Below are positions 18,258 to 27,822 of a DNA stretch of 64,000 nt, piece by piece. Numbering within the stretch: the first letter of the stretch is position 1; every line of letters starts with the position of its first letter. Made by a program: the position numbers and the translations under genes. The notes under the pieces are model-generated. The model did no database searches. It saw only the letters and a program-made list of their open reading frames with translations, and was not told where the DNA came from. Source of the DNA: an uncultured Akkermansia sp. (GTDB lineage: Bacteria; Bacteroidota; Bacteroidia; Flavobacteriales_D; Crocinitomicaceae); NCBI GenBank assembly GCA_964577845.1, contig CAZOAH010000011.1:1916-65915 (forward strand), written 5' to 3'.

Positions 18258-19244
18258 ATGATCATTTTAATTACAGGTGTTGCCGGATTTATTGGAGCGA
18301 GAACAGCCGAATTGTTGTTGTCCGAAAAACACACAGTTGTTGGAATCGATAATCTCAATGATTATTATGATGTAAGAATTAAAGAACACCGTTTGTCAAT
18401 TCTTAAGAAGCATGAAAATTTCAAATTTCTAAATGAAGATATTGAATCACACCAAGTGTTAGAAAAAGTTTTTTTGAAAAATAATTTTGACATTGTTATC
18501 AATCTTGCAGCGCGGGCAGGTGTTCGTTATAGTTTGGAAAATCCTTTCATTTATGCACAAACAAATCTGATCGGATCATTGAATTTATTGGATCTAATGC
18601 GCAAATTCAACGTTAATAAATACATTATGGCTTCTACTTCTTCAATATATGCAGGAAGCGAAATGCCGTACAAAGAAGACCTTCCTGTTAACAATCCTAT
18701 TTCACCTTACGCAGCTTCTAAAAAAGCAGCTGAATTAATGGCTTTCACTTATCATCACCAGTTTGGAATTGATGTGACAATCTTGCGCTATTTTACAGTA
18801 TTTGGTCCGGCAGGACGTCCGGATATGAGTATTTTGAGATTCGTTAAATGGATAGATGAAGGTAAACCTATTTTACTTTATGGAGATGGTTCACAAGCAA
18901 GAGATTTTACCTACGTAGACGATATTGCCAAAGGGACTATTAAAGCTGCATTCACAAAAACCGGATACGAGATTATTAATCTAGGTGGCGGAAACAATCC
19001 TGTGAGTATGTCAAAATTAATCTCCAAAATCGAGACTTTCCTAAACAAAAAGGCAATCATCGATAACAAACCATTTCACAACGCAGATGTTGACAGTACC
19101 TGGGCAGATATATCAAAAGCTTCAAGGATCCTGAATTGGAGTCCTGAAGTTTCACTGGATGAAGGATTATCTGCCACAATTGACTGGTATCACCTAAACA
19201 AAAATTGGTTATCGGAAATCGATTTTCACGATAAAAAAAACTGA
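18258..19244 (+). CDS. NAD-dependent sugar epimerase (SDR), UDP-glucuronate 4-epimerase-like
   Basis: GVAGFIGARTAE (GxxGxxG), DNLNDYYDVRIKEHRL, catalytic YAASK, FTVFGPAGRPDM. Confidence 0.7.
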   Translation: MIILITGVAGFIGARTAELLLSEKHTVVGIDNLNDYYDVRIKEHRLSILKKHENFKFLNEDIESHQVLEKVFLKNNFDIVINLAARAGVRYSLENPFIYAQTNLIGSLNLLDLMRKFNVNKYIMASTSSIYAGSEMPYKEDLPVNNPISPYAASKKAAELMAFTYHHQFGIDVTILRYFTVFGPAGRPDMSILRFVKWIDEGKPILLYGDGSQARDFTYVDDIAKGTIKAAFTKTGYEIINLGGGNNPVSMSKLISKIETFLNKKAIIDNKPFHNADVDSTWADISKASRILNWSPEVSLDEGLSATIDWYHLNKNWLSEIDFHDKKN

Positions 19245-19252
19245 TTCGTAAA

Positions 19253-20386
19253 ATGAAAATCTTGTATTTTTCTGATCATGGACCCTACAGTTCAACATTT
19301 ATCCGTCAGGATGTTGAAGAGATATCCCACAGACATGAAGCTTTATATTTAGCGGCGATCAGCGATCAAGAATATGAGTCGAAAAACATTCAATCGGAAA
19401 TAATTCATTATCCTGCACATTCTCTCCGAAGTAAATTACTATGGAAACTAGAAAATGCTGAAATCAGAAGTAATTGGTTTAACAGAGAATTTCATGAAAA
19501 ATTAAAGATAAGAATAGATTCATTCAACCCTGATATCATTCATTGCCAATTTGCCTATGAAGGTTTAAAACTGTGGGATAATTACAAAACAGACAAACCT
19601 GTTTTTATCAATTTTAGAGGCTACGATGCGTCCTACAAACTGCAGAATAAAAGTTATGTCCGACATCTAAAAAAGATCCTAAGCCAATCAAATGTTTATC
19701 CAATATTTGTATGTGAAGCACTCAAAAACAATCTTTTAGCTAAAGGAATCACATTGAATAAAAAAAATTTGGTTTTGTATACAGGTGTTAATACCAGTAA
19801 TTTTATAAGAATAAACTATCAGAAGAAGAAAAATCCTGTTTTCATACAAACCGGAGCTTTTAATGCAAAAAAGGGACAATATATCACATTAAAAGCTTTC
19901 AATCAGTTTTTAAAGGTCAAACCAGAAAGTGGCGCAAAACTAGTCTTTATTGGTGAAGGAGAATTTCTAGAACAGGTAAAAAATGCGTCAGTGAAATTTG
20001 GAATAAGTGATAAAGTTGAATTCAAAGGTAAACTACCCCAAAAACAGATCGTTGAATTATTAAACGATGCAACAGTTTTTGTTCATCACAGTATCACTGC
20101 TCCGAATGGAGATCAAGAGGGAATTCCGAATGCAATTGTCGAGGCAATGTCTATGGAAATGCCAATATTGAGTACTTATCATAGTGGAATCCCTGAATTG
20201 GTAGAAAATAATGTTAATGGGTTGTTATGTAAAGAAAATGATGTTAATGAATTGACAAAACAAATGATTGAAATTATCAGTTGGTCATATCTACCAGTAA
20301 ACAGAGAAAAGGTTGAGAAAATGTTCAATTTTCAAAAGCATATAGCTGTACTGGATGAATTTTATCAATCAATATTTGTATCCTAA
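19253..20386 (+). CDS. Glycosyltransferase family 4
   Basis: QEGIPNAIVEAMSMEMPIL (EX7E), GLLCKEND. Confidence 0.8.
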   Translation: MKILYFSDHGPYSSTFIRQDVEEISHRHEALYLAAISDQEYESKNIQSEIIHYPAHSLRSKLLWKLENAEIRSNWFNREFHEKLKIRIDSFNPDIIHCQFAYEGLKLWDNYKTDKPVFINFRGYDASYKLQNKSYVRHLKKILSQSNVYPIFVCEALKNNLLAKGITLNKKNLVLYTGVNTSNFIRINYQKKKNPVFIQTGAFNAKKGQYITLKAFNQFLKVKPESGAKLVFIGEGEFLEQVKNASVKFGISDKVEFKGKLPQKQIVELLNDATVFVHHSITAPNGDQEGIPNAIVEAMSMEMPILSTYHSGIPELVENNVNGLLCKENDVNELTKQMIEIISWSYLPVNREKVEKMFNFQKHIAVLDEFYQSIFVS

Positions 20387-20492
20387 CAATGTTGCAAAGC
20401 TTTGTTGGATCAATCTGCTTGTTAAAACAATTTGTCGATTTATTTATTCAGATAATGAATAATTCCATTCTCAACTTAATAAAGATTAGTTT

Positions 20493-20500
20493 TAATTTTG
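20493..20500 (+). promoter_or_regulatory. Candidate internal -7 box (TAnnTTTG) ahead of wecB
   Basis: TAATTTTG ends 17 nt upstream of the ATG at 20517, in the only sizeable (130 nt) gap of the locus. Confidence 0.4.
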
Positions 20501-20516
20501 TAATATACAATTAGAA

Positions 20517-21611
20517 ATGCACACAACCTTAATTGCCGGAACCCGACCAAATTTTGTAAAAATCGCACCGATAATTCATGCGATTAAAAAGGCACAAAAG
20601 GAAGGTGCGGCAATTGATTATCGCTTGGTTCATACCGGACAGCATTACGACCGGTCCATGAGTGGTAGCTTTTTCGAAGACTTAAACATTCCCGAACCGG
20701 ATAGTAATTTAGAAGTCGGTAGCGGCACACAAGCTGAACAAACTGCAGCCATTATGATCGGGTTCGAAAAAGAACTCTCACAGTTTCCAACCGATTTGGT
20801 CATCGTAGTTGGTGATGTCACCTCTACCATGGCCTGCGCACTTGTTACAAAAAAAATGAATCTTCCCCTTGCCCATGTGGAAGGTGGAATTCGCTCGTTC
20901 GATCTATCCATGCCGGAAGAGATCAACAGAAAAGTAACGGATAGTATCACCGATCTTTTCTTTACCACTTCGCGTTTTGCCAATGAAAATCTAGACAAGG
21001 AAGGAATCGATTCAAGCAAAATTCATTTCGTTGGGAATGTAATGATCGATACCTTACTCGCTCAATTGGATAAATTGCGTGAACCTGCACTTTTTAAAGA
21101 AAATGATTTAGGAAATCAAAAATACCTGGTACTCACACTTCACCGTCCTGCAAACGTTGATGATCCTGAAAATTTAAAAAAACTCCTTCTGACGATCCAA
21201 CAACACAGCTATAATTGCCCGGTAATCTTTCCCGTGCATCCTCGCACGAAAAAAGTGATGCAGGAACATAACATTGTCGTTCCACACCTCATCACAACCG
21301 AACCATTGAGCTACGCTGAATTCAATTATCTGGTTAAACACTCCTTCGGGGTAATTACCGATTCGGGAGGAATTACAGAAGAGACAACTGTTTTAGGGAT
21401 TCCCTGTATGACCTTGAGAGCCAATACGGAACGACCGGAAACTTGTGTTGTGGGAACCAATGAATTGATAGGTACAGATCCGGCAAACTTATCTGCGGCT
21501 CTTGAAAAATTATTCGCAGGGTCGTGGAAAAAAGGTGACATTCCTGAACTTTGGGATGGGAAAACAGCCGAAAGGATCATCACTCAAATCCGAACTATTT
21601 ACGCTATTTGA
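20517..21611 (+). CDS. wecB: UDP-N-acetylglucosamine 2-epimerase, non-hydrolysing (WecB/WbpI family)
   Basis: IAGTRPNFVKIAPII, HTGQHYD, LEVGSGTQAEQTA, VTDSGGITEE. Confidence 0.9.
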   Translation: MHTTLIAGTRPNFVKIAPIIHAIKKAQKEGAAIDYRLVHTGQHYDRSMSGSFFEDLNIPEPDSNLEVGSGTQAEQTAAIMIGFEKELSQFPTDLVIVVGDVTSTMACALVTKKMNLPLAHVEGGIRSFDLSMPEEINRKVTDSITDLFFTTSRFANENLDKEGIDSSKIHFVGNVMIDTLLAQLDKLREPALFKENDLGNQKYLVLTLHRPANVDDPENLKKLLLTIQQHSYNCPVIFPVHPRTKKVMQEHNIVVPHLITTEPLSYAEFNYLVKHSFGVITDSGGITEETTVLGIPCMTLRANTERPETCVVGTNELIGTDPANLSAALEKLFAGSWKKGDIPELWDGKTAERIITQIRTIYAI

Positions 21612-21613
21612 TC

Positions 21614-22732
21614 ATGAAGATCCTTGTAATTTCTCAACATTTGTTTCCGATGCAAACTCCGCGTGCGCACCGAACAACTGAGTTGGTAAAAGAACTGGGA
21701 AAACGTGGACATGAGGTGACCTTATTCGCTGTTCTGGGCAAGTACGATTATTCATCTTTTGAAAAAAAGTATGGCGTGAAGGTAAAGAATCTACCGTTGA
21801 GGTGGATGGTTCATCCGTACAACAGCGATAACGACAAGCGCAGGACACTTGTAGACAAAGTCTTAGGAAAACTTCTTCAGAAGTTGGAATTTCCCAATAT
21901 CGAATTCAAGCGCCGGGTACCCGAGATCTTGAGAAAAAACCCCGATTACGATGCATTGATCACCATTGCCGATCCCCATCAGATCCATTGGGGTGTTGCC
22001 TCTTTGCGCAAAAAATCTGCGCATCTCGTTCCGCCAATTTGGATAGCTGACTGCGGTGACCCTTTTATGCTGAATGGAGGAGCAAATCATCTGTCCTATT
22101 TTGAAAAGTATGAAAGGAGATTTTCTGAACAATGTGATTTAATTACCGTTCCGGTTGAAGAAGCAAAAAAAGGATATTACAACGAATATCATGAGAAAAT
22201 AAGAGTTATTCCCCAAGGATTTGAATTTGAAGAAGATCAAAATAGAATTGAGCCAAACAATGCAATTTTAACGTTTGCCTATGCCGGTGTATTTTACAAA
22301 GACATTCGCAATCCGGAAACCCTCTTGAACTATTTAAGTTCAGTCGAAAAAGATTTCCGTTTTGAGGTGTACACACCCGATCCTTCGTCCATAAAGCCTT
22401 TCCAATCGAAATTAGGAGAACGACTCGTTTTGAAGTCACCTTTAGAACGAAAACATCTCATCGCGGAATTGAAGAAAATGGATTTCCTCATCAATATAGA
22501 AAATGTAAATAGTCCTGCACAAATTCCAAGTAAATTGATCGATTACGGAATAACAGGCCGACCGATACTTTCAGTGAATCCGATGAATATCAACAAATCT
22601 ATGATTGACGAATTTCTTCATAGAGACTATACCAATCAATTCATTGTCAAAAATCTTCAGCAATACGATATTAGAAATGTCGTTGACAAGTTTTTGGAAT
22701 TGATCAATGAGAAACAAGCGACTGCCCGATAA
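21614..22732 (+). CDS. Glycosyltransferase, GT-B fold (GT4-like)
   Basis: MKILVISQHLFPMQTPRAHRTTELVKELGKRGHEV. ATG at 21614 is 3 nt after the wecB stop. The track's extension to 21551 overlaps wecB. Confidence 0.6.
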   Translation: MKILVISQHLFPMQTPRAHRTTELVKELGKRGHEVTLFAVLGKYDYSSFEKKYGVKVKNLPLRWMVHPYNSDNDKRRTLVDKVLGKLLQKLEFPNIEFKRRVPEILRKNPDYDALITIADPHQIHWGVASLRKKSAHLVPPIWIADCGDPFMLNGGANHLSYFEKYERRFSEQCDLITVPVEEAKKGYYNEYHEKIRVIPQGFEFEEDQNRIEPNNAILTFAYAGVFYKDIRNPETLLNYLSSVEKDFRFEVYTPDPSSIKPFQSKLGERLVLKSPLERKHLIAELKKMDFLINIENVNSPAQIPSKLIDYGITGRPILSVNPMNINKSMIDEFLHRDYTNQFIVKNLQQYDIRNVVDKFLELINEKQATAR

Positions 22733-22756
22733 TATAAATATTCGCGTTAACTTTCA

Positions 22757-22927
22757 TAACGGCTTGCTTGAAACTAAATTGCCGACCGCATGATTTTTGG
22801 CCAAATCAATACATTCTCCTTTCGTCGGCCACTCGATCAGCCAAAAATGGTATCGAGGGCGGTGGAACACTGGACTAGCATTCAAAATTATACCGACCGA
22901 GTTTCCAAAGCCTAGCGTTAAAATTAG
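22757..22927 (-). pseudogene. Possible start-less coding remnant (57 codons)
   Basis: An open frame between stops reads LILTLGFGNSVGIILNASPVFHRPRYHFWLIEWPTKGECIDLAKNHAVGNLVSSKPL. It has no ATG. GC looks higher than the surrounding spacer by eye. No family recognised. Confidence 0.25.
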
Positions 22928-23036
22928 TCACCAAAAACATTTAATATTCAACTATAATTGAACACAACTATTGTAAGGATATTAATAATTAATAGAGTTT
23001 ATAGGAAAATTATATAAATTACTCGAGCAACTGTAT

Positions 23037-23219
23037 ATGACTGGTTTTAATTTTTGTCCCGTAAAAAATACTGATTACCAGCAATGCACACGCTGTGTCA
23101 TGGACACTTCTGATCCTATAATTGTGTTCAACGAGAAGGGTGAATGTAATCATTGTGCTGAATTTATCGAAAAACGGTCTTTACACAAATATCAGGGAGT
23201 CACAAAAAAGAAAAATTAG
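23037..23219 (+). pseudogene. N-terminal fragment (60 aa) of an N-acetyl sugar amidotransferase (WbpG family)
   Basis: CTRCVMDTSDPIIVFNEKGECNHCAEF is the N-terminal zinc-ribbon signature of this ~380-aa family. The frame stops after 60 codons. Confidence 0.6.
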
Positions 23220-23276
23220 GTTGTTTCTTCTTTGACTTTTTGAATTTTGAGGAAATTTGAATCTTTAATGTCTAAT

Positions 23277-23909
23277 TTACTGATATGCAATATGTTTCCA
23301 TTGTATCCAATACTCTTCTAAACCTTCCGGTGTTTTCTTCAAAGGACTGATGTATATTTTTTTGTTTTGTACTAAAGGTGGATTAGCATTGATTAATCTG
23401 TATTTTCGTTTTGCTATATCCGGAGCATGCCCCCATCCCCCGCTATGATCAAAACCAGTCATGGCATCTTGCCTCCTTTTTACTTTTACAAATGGGATTT
23501 TCAAATAATAGTGTACACTGTCATTGCCATCCTTCATACCTTTAGTTGTCATGACAATTTTTGAAAAATCAACCTTAACATAATTTCCTTCCTCGTATAA
23601 AGACTTCAGTTTCTGACCAACATACTTTGCCATTAAATTGGAAAAATTATGTGCGATATCTGTCCCTGTTAAATTTAGCTGCTCAACATATCTTTCATCC
23701 ACAAATTCAGGTCCCGAATAACTTCCTTCGCAGCCGTTCTCGTCGCAAACAGGAGTGTCAATATGAAAGTTCAGCTTTGACAATTCCAAAATGTCGCTTT
23801 CGGAACTGGTTTTTGTATTTGAACCAAGGTTCGATGCAACAACATCTACCTCGTTCGTACAAGAATTCAGTGTGTAAAAAAAAGCCAACATTAAAAAATA
23901 AAATCGCAT
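23277..23909 (-). CDS. Hypothetical lipoprotein
   Basis: Signal peptide with a lipobox (FYTLNSC). No recognisable domain. Confidence 0.6.
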   Translation of the reverse strand: MRFYFLMLAFFYTLNSCTNEVDVVASNLGSNTKTSSESDILELSKLNFHIDTPVCDENGCEGSYSGPEFVDERYVEQLNLTGTDIAHNFSNLMAKYVGQKLKSLYEEGNYVKVDFSKIVMTTKGMKDGNDSVHYYLKIPFVKVKRRQDAMTGFDHSGGWGHAPDIAKRKYRLINANPPLVQNKKIYISPLKKTPEGLEEYWIQWKHIAYQ

Positions 23910-23912
23910 AAC

Positions 23913-25247
23913 TCAATTAATTTTCATTCGAATGCGCCACTCTTTGGGGTATAAATTGTTAAAGCGATTACCAAGATGGTTGATCCAACCTAAAGGTTCA
24001 CCCAGATAATTTACAAGTATAAATCCCTTATTATTTGGCGCCATATTAAAAGTTTCACCCTTCAAATATTGCAAAGACTGATCTAAAGTCAATTCAATAC
24101 TTTCTCCTTTGCAACGAATGAAAGGATTCAAAGCCAATTCTTCAGATGGTATGAACTTTTTACCTAAAAGAGTGGAGATGGTTGTTCCCGCTTTAATGAC
24201 ATACAATTTACTACTCAGGACTTGCGCAATAGCCTCAAAACTACTCTTTGGAAATGCCAACAAGTAATCCTTCCATTGAAAAAAGTCATGATTTTCAATC
24301 TTACTCCATTTTTCTATTGAAGACAAATCTCTACAGCTTTTCCAATCATTGAAATTAACTTTCCTCAACTTTTGTCTTTGCCCATCATTTTTTTTGAGTA
24401 AAGCAATAAAGAATCCTTCTGACTTTGTAATTCCCGGAATGGCGTAATAACCAATTCCATTTCTTCCTTTGACGAAAGACTCATGAACTTCGAAAAGTGT
24501 GATTTCTGCATCAAATTCATGTGCGATTCGCAATACATTGGATTCGTTTTCACTTTCATTTAACGTGCACGTTGAATAAATCAAATATCCACCGGGTGCA
24601 AGGGCGTCCCAAACATCATCAATGATTTGTTCTTGCCTAGCGGCACACATTTCTACATTTTTCAGTGACCATTCATTTCGAGCGTCTGGATCTTTTCTGA
24701 ACATTCCTTCGCCTGAACAAGGTACATCGGCAACAATAACATCGAAAAATTGAGTGAGTTGATTGAAATCTGAAGGTTTATTATTTGTTACGATTACATT
24801 GGAAACTCCCCATTTACTCAGATTTTCTTTTAAAACCATGGCGCGGTTATTAACGAATTCATTGGCCACAAGTAAACCTTTTTCCTCTAAAAATGCTGCA
24901 ATCAAAGTACTTTTACCTCCAGGTGCAGCGCATAAATCGAGAACTTTCGGTGCAGAAGGTAAGTCCAATTGTCTTAAAACTTGATCCAAAACCATTGATC
25001 CTGCTTCTTGCGGATAATAGCATCCAGCGTGAAACAAGGGGTCTAAGGTGAAAATCGGTCGTTTATCTAGATAAAATCCTTTCTCACACCAAGGAATGGT
25101 TTCTGACAAATTCAATTCTGGTTTTGTTTTTTTGGGATTCCAACGGATAGAAATCGGTGCAGTCGAATCCATGTTTGAAAGTAGGGAATTATCCAAAAAA
25201 GGGTCGTTAAGCACATTTTTCTCAAAATCTTTCGGTAATGGAATCAT
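23913..25247 (-). CDS. rRNA cytosine-C5 methyltransferase (RsmB/RsmF, NOL1/NOP2/Sun family)
   Basis: DLCAAPGGKS (SAM binding), DVPCSGEGMFRK, YSTCT. ATG at 25247 avoids overlap with tilS. Confidence 0.85.
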   Translation of the reverse strand: MIPLPKDFEKNVLNDPFLDNSLLSNMDSTAPISIRWNPKKTKPELNLSETIPWCEKGFYLDKRPIFTLDPLFHAGCYYPQEAGSMVLDQVLRQLDLPSAPKVLDLCAAPGGKSTLIAAFLEEKGLLVANEFVNNRAMVLKENLSKWGVSNVIVTNNKPSDFNQLTQFFDVIVADVPCSGEGMFRKDPDARNEWSLKNVEMCAARQEQIIDDVWDALAPGGYLIYSTCTLNESENESNVLRIAHEFDAEITLFEVHESFVKGRNGIGYYAIPGITKSEGFFIALLKKNDGQRQKLRKVNFNDWKSCRDLSSIEKWSKIENHDFFQWKDYLLAFPKSSFEAIAQVLSSKLYVIKAGTTISTLLGKKFIPSEELALNPFIRCKGESIELTLDQSLQYLKGETFNMAPNNKGFILVNYLGEPLGWINHLGNRFNNLYPKEWRIRMKIN

Positions 25248-25267
25248 GGTAGTAAAGTTAAGGAATC

Positions 25268-26539
25268 TTATTTTGCTTCCACACTTACCTTCCAAACTGG
25301 AGTGGTATTGTTTGCAAGCGCCACCACACTTACCGCGAATCCAACAAGCCAAAGAAGATCTTTATCGTCATGAACTACCCATTGATTTTCCCGAAAAGCT
25401 AGAGGCACTTTTCCATCTTTCAAAATATCAGATACCAATTTTGAACCTGACAAACCTATTGGTCTCATCCGATCACCATCAATCCATTTTCTAAGTTTTA
25501 ATTCACCAACAATCTTTTCGGGATTCAAGTAAATGGAAAACTTATCGAAAGAATTTGGAAGTTGAACATTTTTTTCAATCACCATTTTTTTGAGGATTTT
25601 CGTATTTTCTTCATTCATTAGAAATCTGAAAGCTGCATCTTCTTTGAATATTTTTTGAATGTCTTGATTGACATTACTCGCTGAAAACTGTAAAAATTTA
25701 CCATTTTCACTTTTTCGGAGTTTGATTAATCTGGAGTAATAAGATGGTTTTATGTCAAACATTCTTAGCAGTTCATTAATTTCCTCTTGATTCATGGAAT
25801 CAAAAATTTGAAATTTAAGAATGTGCGTCTTACAAACCTCATCAAAAATTGGCTTAACATCAAGTTCCAATTGTCTTTGTTTCTCTTGGAATTTTTCAAT
25901 CAAACACAAAACATCACTTTTCAATTTTGGATGTTGGGTTTCCATTTCCGGAATGAAAACATGTCGTAATTTATTTCTCGAATAATCCAATTTCTCATTG
26001 GAAACATCTTCGCGCCATTTGAGGTTTTCATTTAAAGCATATGCATGAATTTCTTTCTTTAAGAAAGGAAGCAAGGGCCTTAAATACATCTCATTTTCTT
26101 CCAACATGCATGACAAACCCATCATCCCTCCTCCCCTTGTCAAGTTGAGAAAAAAAGTTTCAATTTGATCATCTGCGTGATGCGCCAATAAAATTTTGGT
26201 ATTTCCATCATCAAAAGAATTAAAAAAATCATACCTCACTTTTCTTGCCTCTTGCTGAAGATTTCCGCCGAAAGTTTTAAGCTGTGATTTTAAATCTGTA
26301 TTCAAATCAAAATAATCTATACTATGGTCTGAACAATATGACTTAATGAATATCGCATCCAAATCGGAATCTTCACCTCGAAGATGATAATTAACATGCA
26401 ATACTATCGGATGAAAATTCAACTTGATCAGAGCATGCAAAAGAACCATGGAATCAATTCCTCCGCTACAAGCAAGCGCAATTCTTTGATTGTGATAAGG
26501 TTGAAGAAAAGCTTTAATATGCGTTTCAATATTACGCAT
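25268..26539 (-). CDS. tilS: tRNA(Ile)-lysidine synthase
   Basis: PP-loop ACSGGIDSMVLLH and LLAHHADDQIETF. ATG at 26539 gives an 8-nt overlap with the pabB stop. Confidence 0.85.
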   Translation of the reverse strand: MRNIETHIKAFLQPYHNQRIALACSGGIDSMVLLHALIKLNFHPIVLHVNYHLRGEDSDLDAIFIKSYCSDHSIDYFDLNTDLKSQLKTFGGNLQQEARKVRYDFFNSFDDGNTKILLAHHADDQIETFFLNLTRGGGMMGLSCMLEENEMYLRPLLPFLKKEIHAYALNENLKWREDVSNEKLDYSRNKLRHVFIPEMETQHPKLKSDVLCLIEKFQEKQRQLELDVKPIFDEVCKTHILKFQIFDSMNQEEINELLRMFDIKPSYYSRLIKLRKSENGKFLQFSASNVNQDIQKIFKEDAAFRFLMNEENTKILKKMVIEKNVQLPNSFDKFSIYLNPEKIVGELKLRKWIDGDRMRPIGLSGSKLVSDILKDGKVPLAFRENQWVVHDDKDLLWLVGFAVSVVALANNTTPVWKVSVEAK

Positions 26540-27731
26540 GCAAGGCCTTAATAATCTTGTCAATCTTTGTTTGGCATTCCTTGAACTCCATTTCAGGCTC
26601 TGATTCAATGGTTATAGCGCTGCCTACAGCGCAAGAAAGGTATTTTTTTTCGGCGTTGTAGATTAAGGTTCTTATCACCACATTTAAATCAAAATCACCA
26701 TTGGGCGCAATATAACCGATTGTTCCGGAATAAAGTCCACGCTTAAAAGACTCATATTCTTCAATAAGTTCCATCGCTCTTTTCTTTGGCGCACCCGTCA
26801 TTGACCCCATGGGAAAAGTTGCCTTTAATATGTCAAGAAAAGTAATATTCTCACGCAGTTCACATGAAACAGTAGAAATCATTTGGTGTACCGTCTCAAA
26901 AGTGTAAATACCACAAAGTTCATCAACTTTAACACTGGACTTTGCTGCCACCTGTGACAAATCGTTTCGAACTAAATCAACAATCATGATATTTTCTGAT
27001 CGTTCTTTTGGATTGTTTCTTAATTGTTCTTTGATTTTTTCATCCTGTTTTTCATCAAACCCTCTTGGTGCGGTTCCCTTTATTGGCTGAGTTATAAGTT
27101 TATTACCTTCTTTCTTCAAGAAACGTTCAGGACTTCCACAGAAAATTGAAAATTCATCAAATTGGACATAAGCCGCAAAAGGCGCTTGTGTCACTTCGTT
27201 CATTTTAAAAAAAGCATCCATTGGAAAATTCAATTCGCAGTGCTCCGCATAAAATTCCTGACAAAAATTAACTTCATAAATATCGCCTCTTTGAATGTGT
27301 TTTTTTAATTGATGAACTGTCTCAATATATGTTTCAAAATCTATTCGTGATTGAAAATCAATTTGATAATTGTGAAAATTTCGATCGGTTTCTTCTTCCA
27401 AAAAGGCACTCAAAAAATCTAAACTCTCATTGTTGCGTTCGCCTTTGAGAAAAGAAATTTCTTCCCTATTGATCTTCACCACATATTCTGGAATCCAAAA
27501 AATTGCATCTGGAAAACTTAATCCATCTTCATTAGTCGAAATTAGTGGGTAAAATCGATTTTTCAAATCGTAAGAAAGGCACATGAATATGTATTCTGAA
27601 TTGTTTTTATTCAGAAAATCTTCTATTTTCTGAAAGCCATCTGAAACTTTTAAAATACACCTGCGCAGCTCACCGAACGCAAGAATTCCTGAGCCGTCAT
27701 TACTGTTTAAATATGCCTTGGTACTGAACAC
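26532..27731 (-). CDS. pabB: Aminodeoxychorismate synthase component I (chorismate-binding enzyme)
   Basis: GSPERFL, IKGTAPRG, PMGSMTGAPK, RGLYSGTIGY. GTG start. Confidence 0.8.
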   Translation of the reverse strand: MFSTKAYLNSNDGSGILAFGELRRCILKVSDGFQKIEDFLNKNNSEYIFMCLSYDLKNRFYPLISTNEDGLSFPDAIFWIPEYVVKINREEISFLKGERNNESLDFLSAFLEEETDRNFHNYQIDFQSRIDFETYIETVHQLKKHIQRGDIYEVNFCQEFYAEHCELNFPMDAFFKMNEVTQAPFAAYVQFDEFSIFCGSPERFLKKEGNKLITQPIKGTAPRGFDEKQDEKIKEQLRNNPKERSENIMIVDLVRNDLSQVAAKSSVKVDELCGIYTFETVHQMISTVSCELRENITFLDILKATFPMGSMTGAPKKRAMELIEEYESFKRGLYSGTIGYIAPNGDFDLNVVIRTLIYNAEKKYLSCAVGSAITIESEPEMEFKECQTKIDKIIKALHA

Positions 27732-27822
27732 ATCGCAAAATTAGCAAATAACACGTTAATATATTTACGCATGATAATGACATTAGCACTAACTTTAAAT
27801 AAAATTTGCGCGTCAAGAAAAT

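Noticed and set aside
22781-22848. Interleaved inverted repeats that could draw an H-type pseudoknot or riboswitch-like fold: GCCGAC 22781-22786 with GTCGGC 22824-22829, and ATTTTTGGC 22793-22801 with GCCAAAAAT 22840-22848.
   Set aside because: The stems are short and partly A/U-only, so matches of this size are expected by chance in 64 kb. The region also reads as a protein-like open frame on the minus strand. No intact downstream gene exists to regulate, and I recognise no known riboswitch consensus.
25248-25352. N-terminal extensions of the methyltransferase (to 25352), tilS (to 26608), the last GT (from 21551), the GT remnant (from 17905), wzm (from 2665) and the coiled-coil protein (to 46743).
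   Set aside because: The extensions overlap the preceding gene substantially or contain a promoter box. Internal ATG codons give N-termini matching family consensus.
27736-27743. A TAATTTTG box on the minus strand just upstream of pabB.
   Set aside because: It ends only 5 nt from the GTG start at 27731, leaving no room for a normal -7 to start-site to start-codon geometry. Either the transcript is leaderless or the match is fortuitous.
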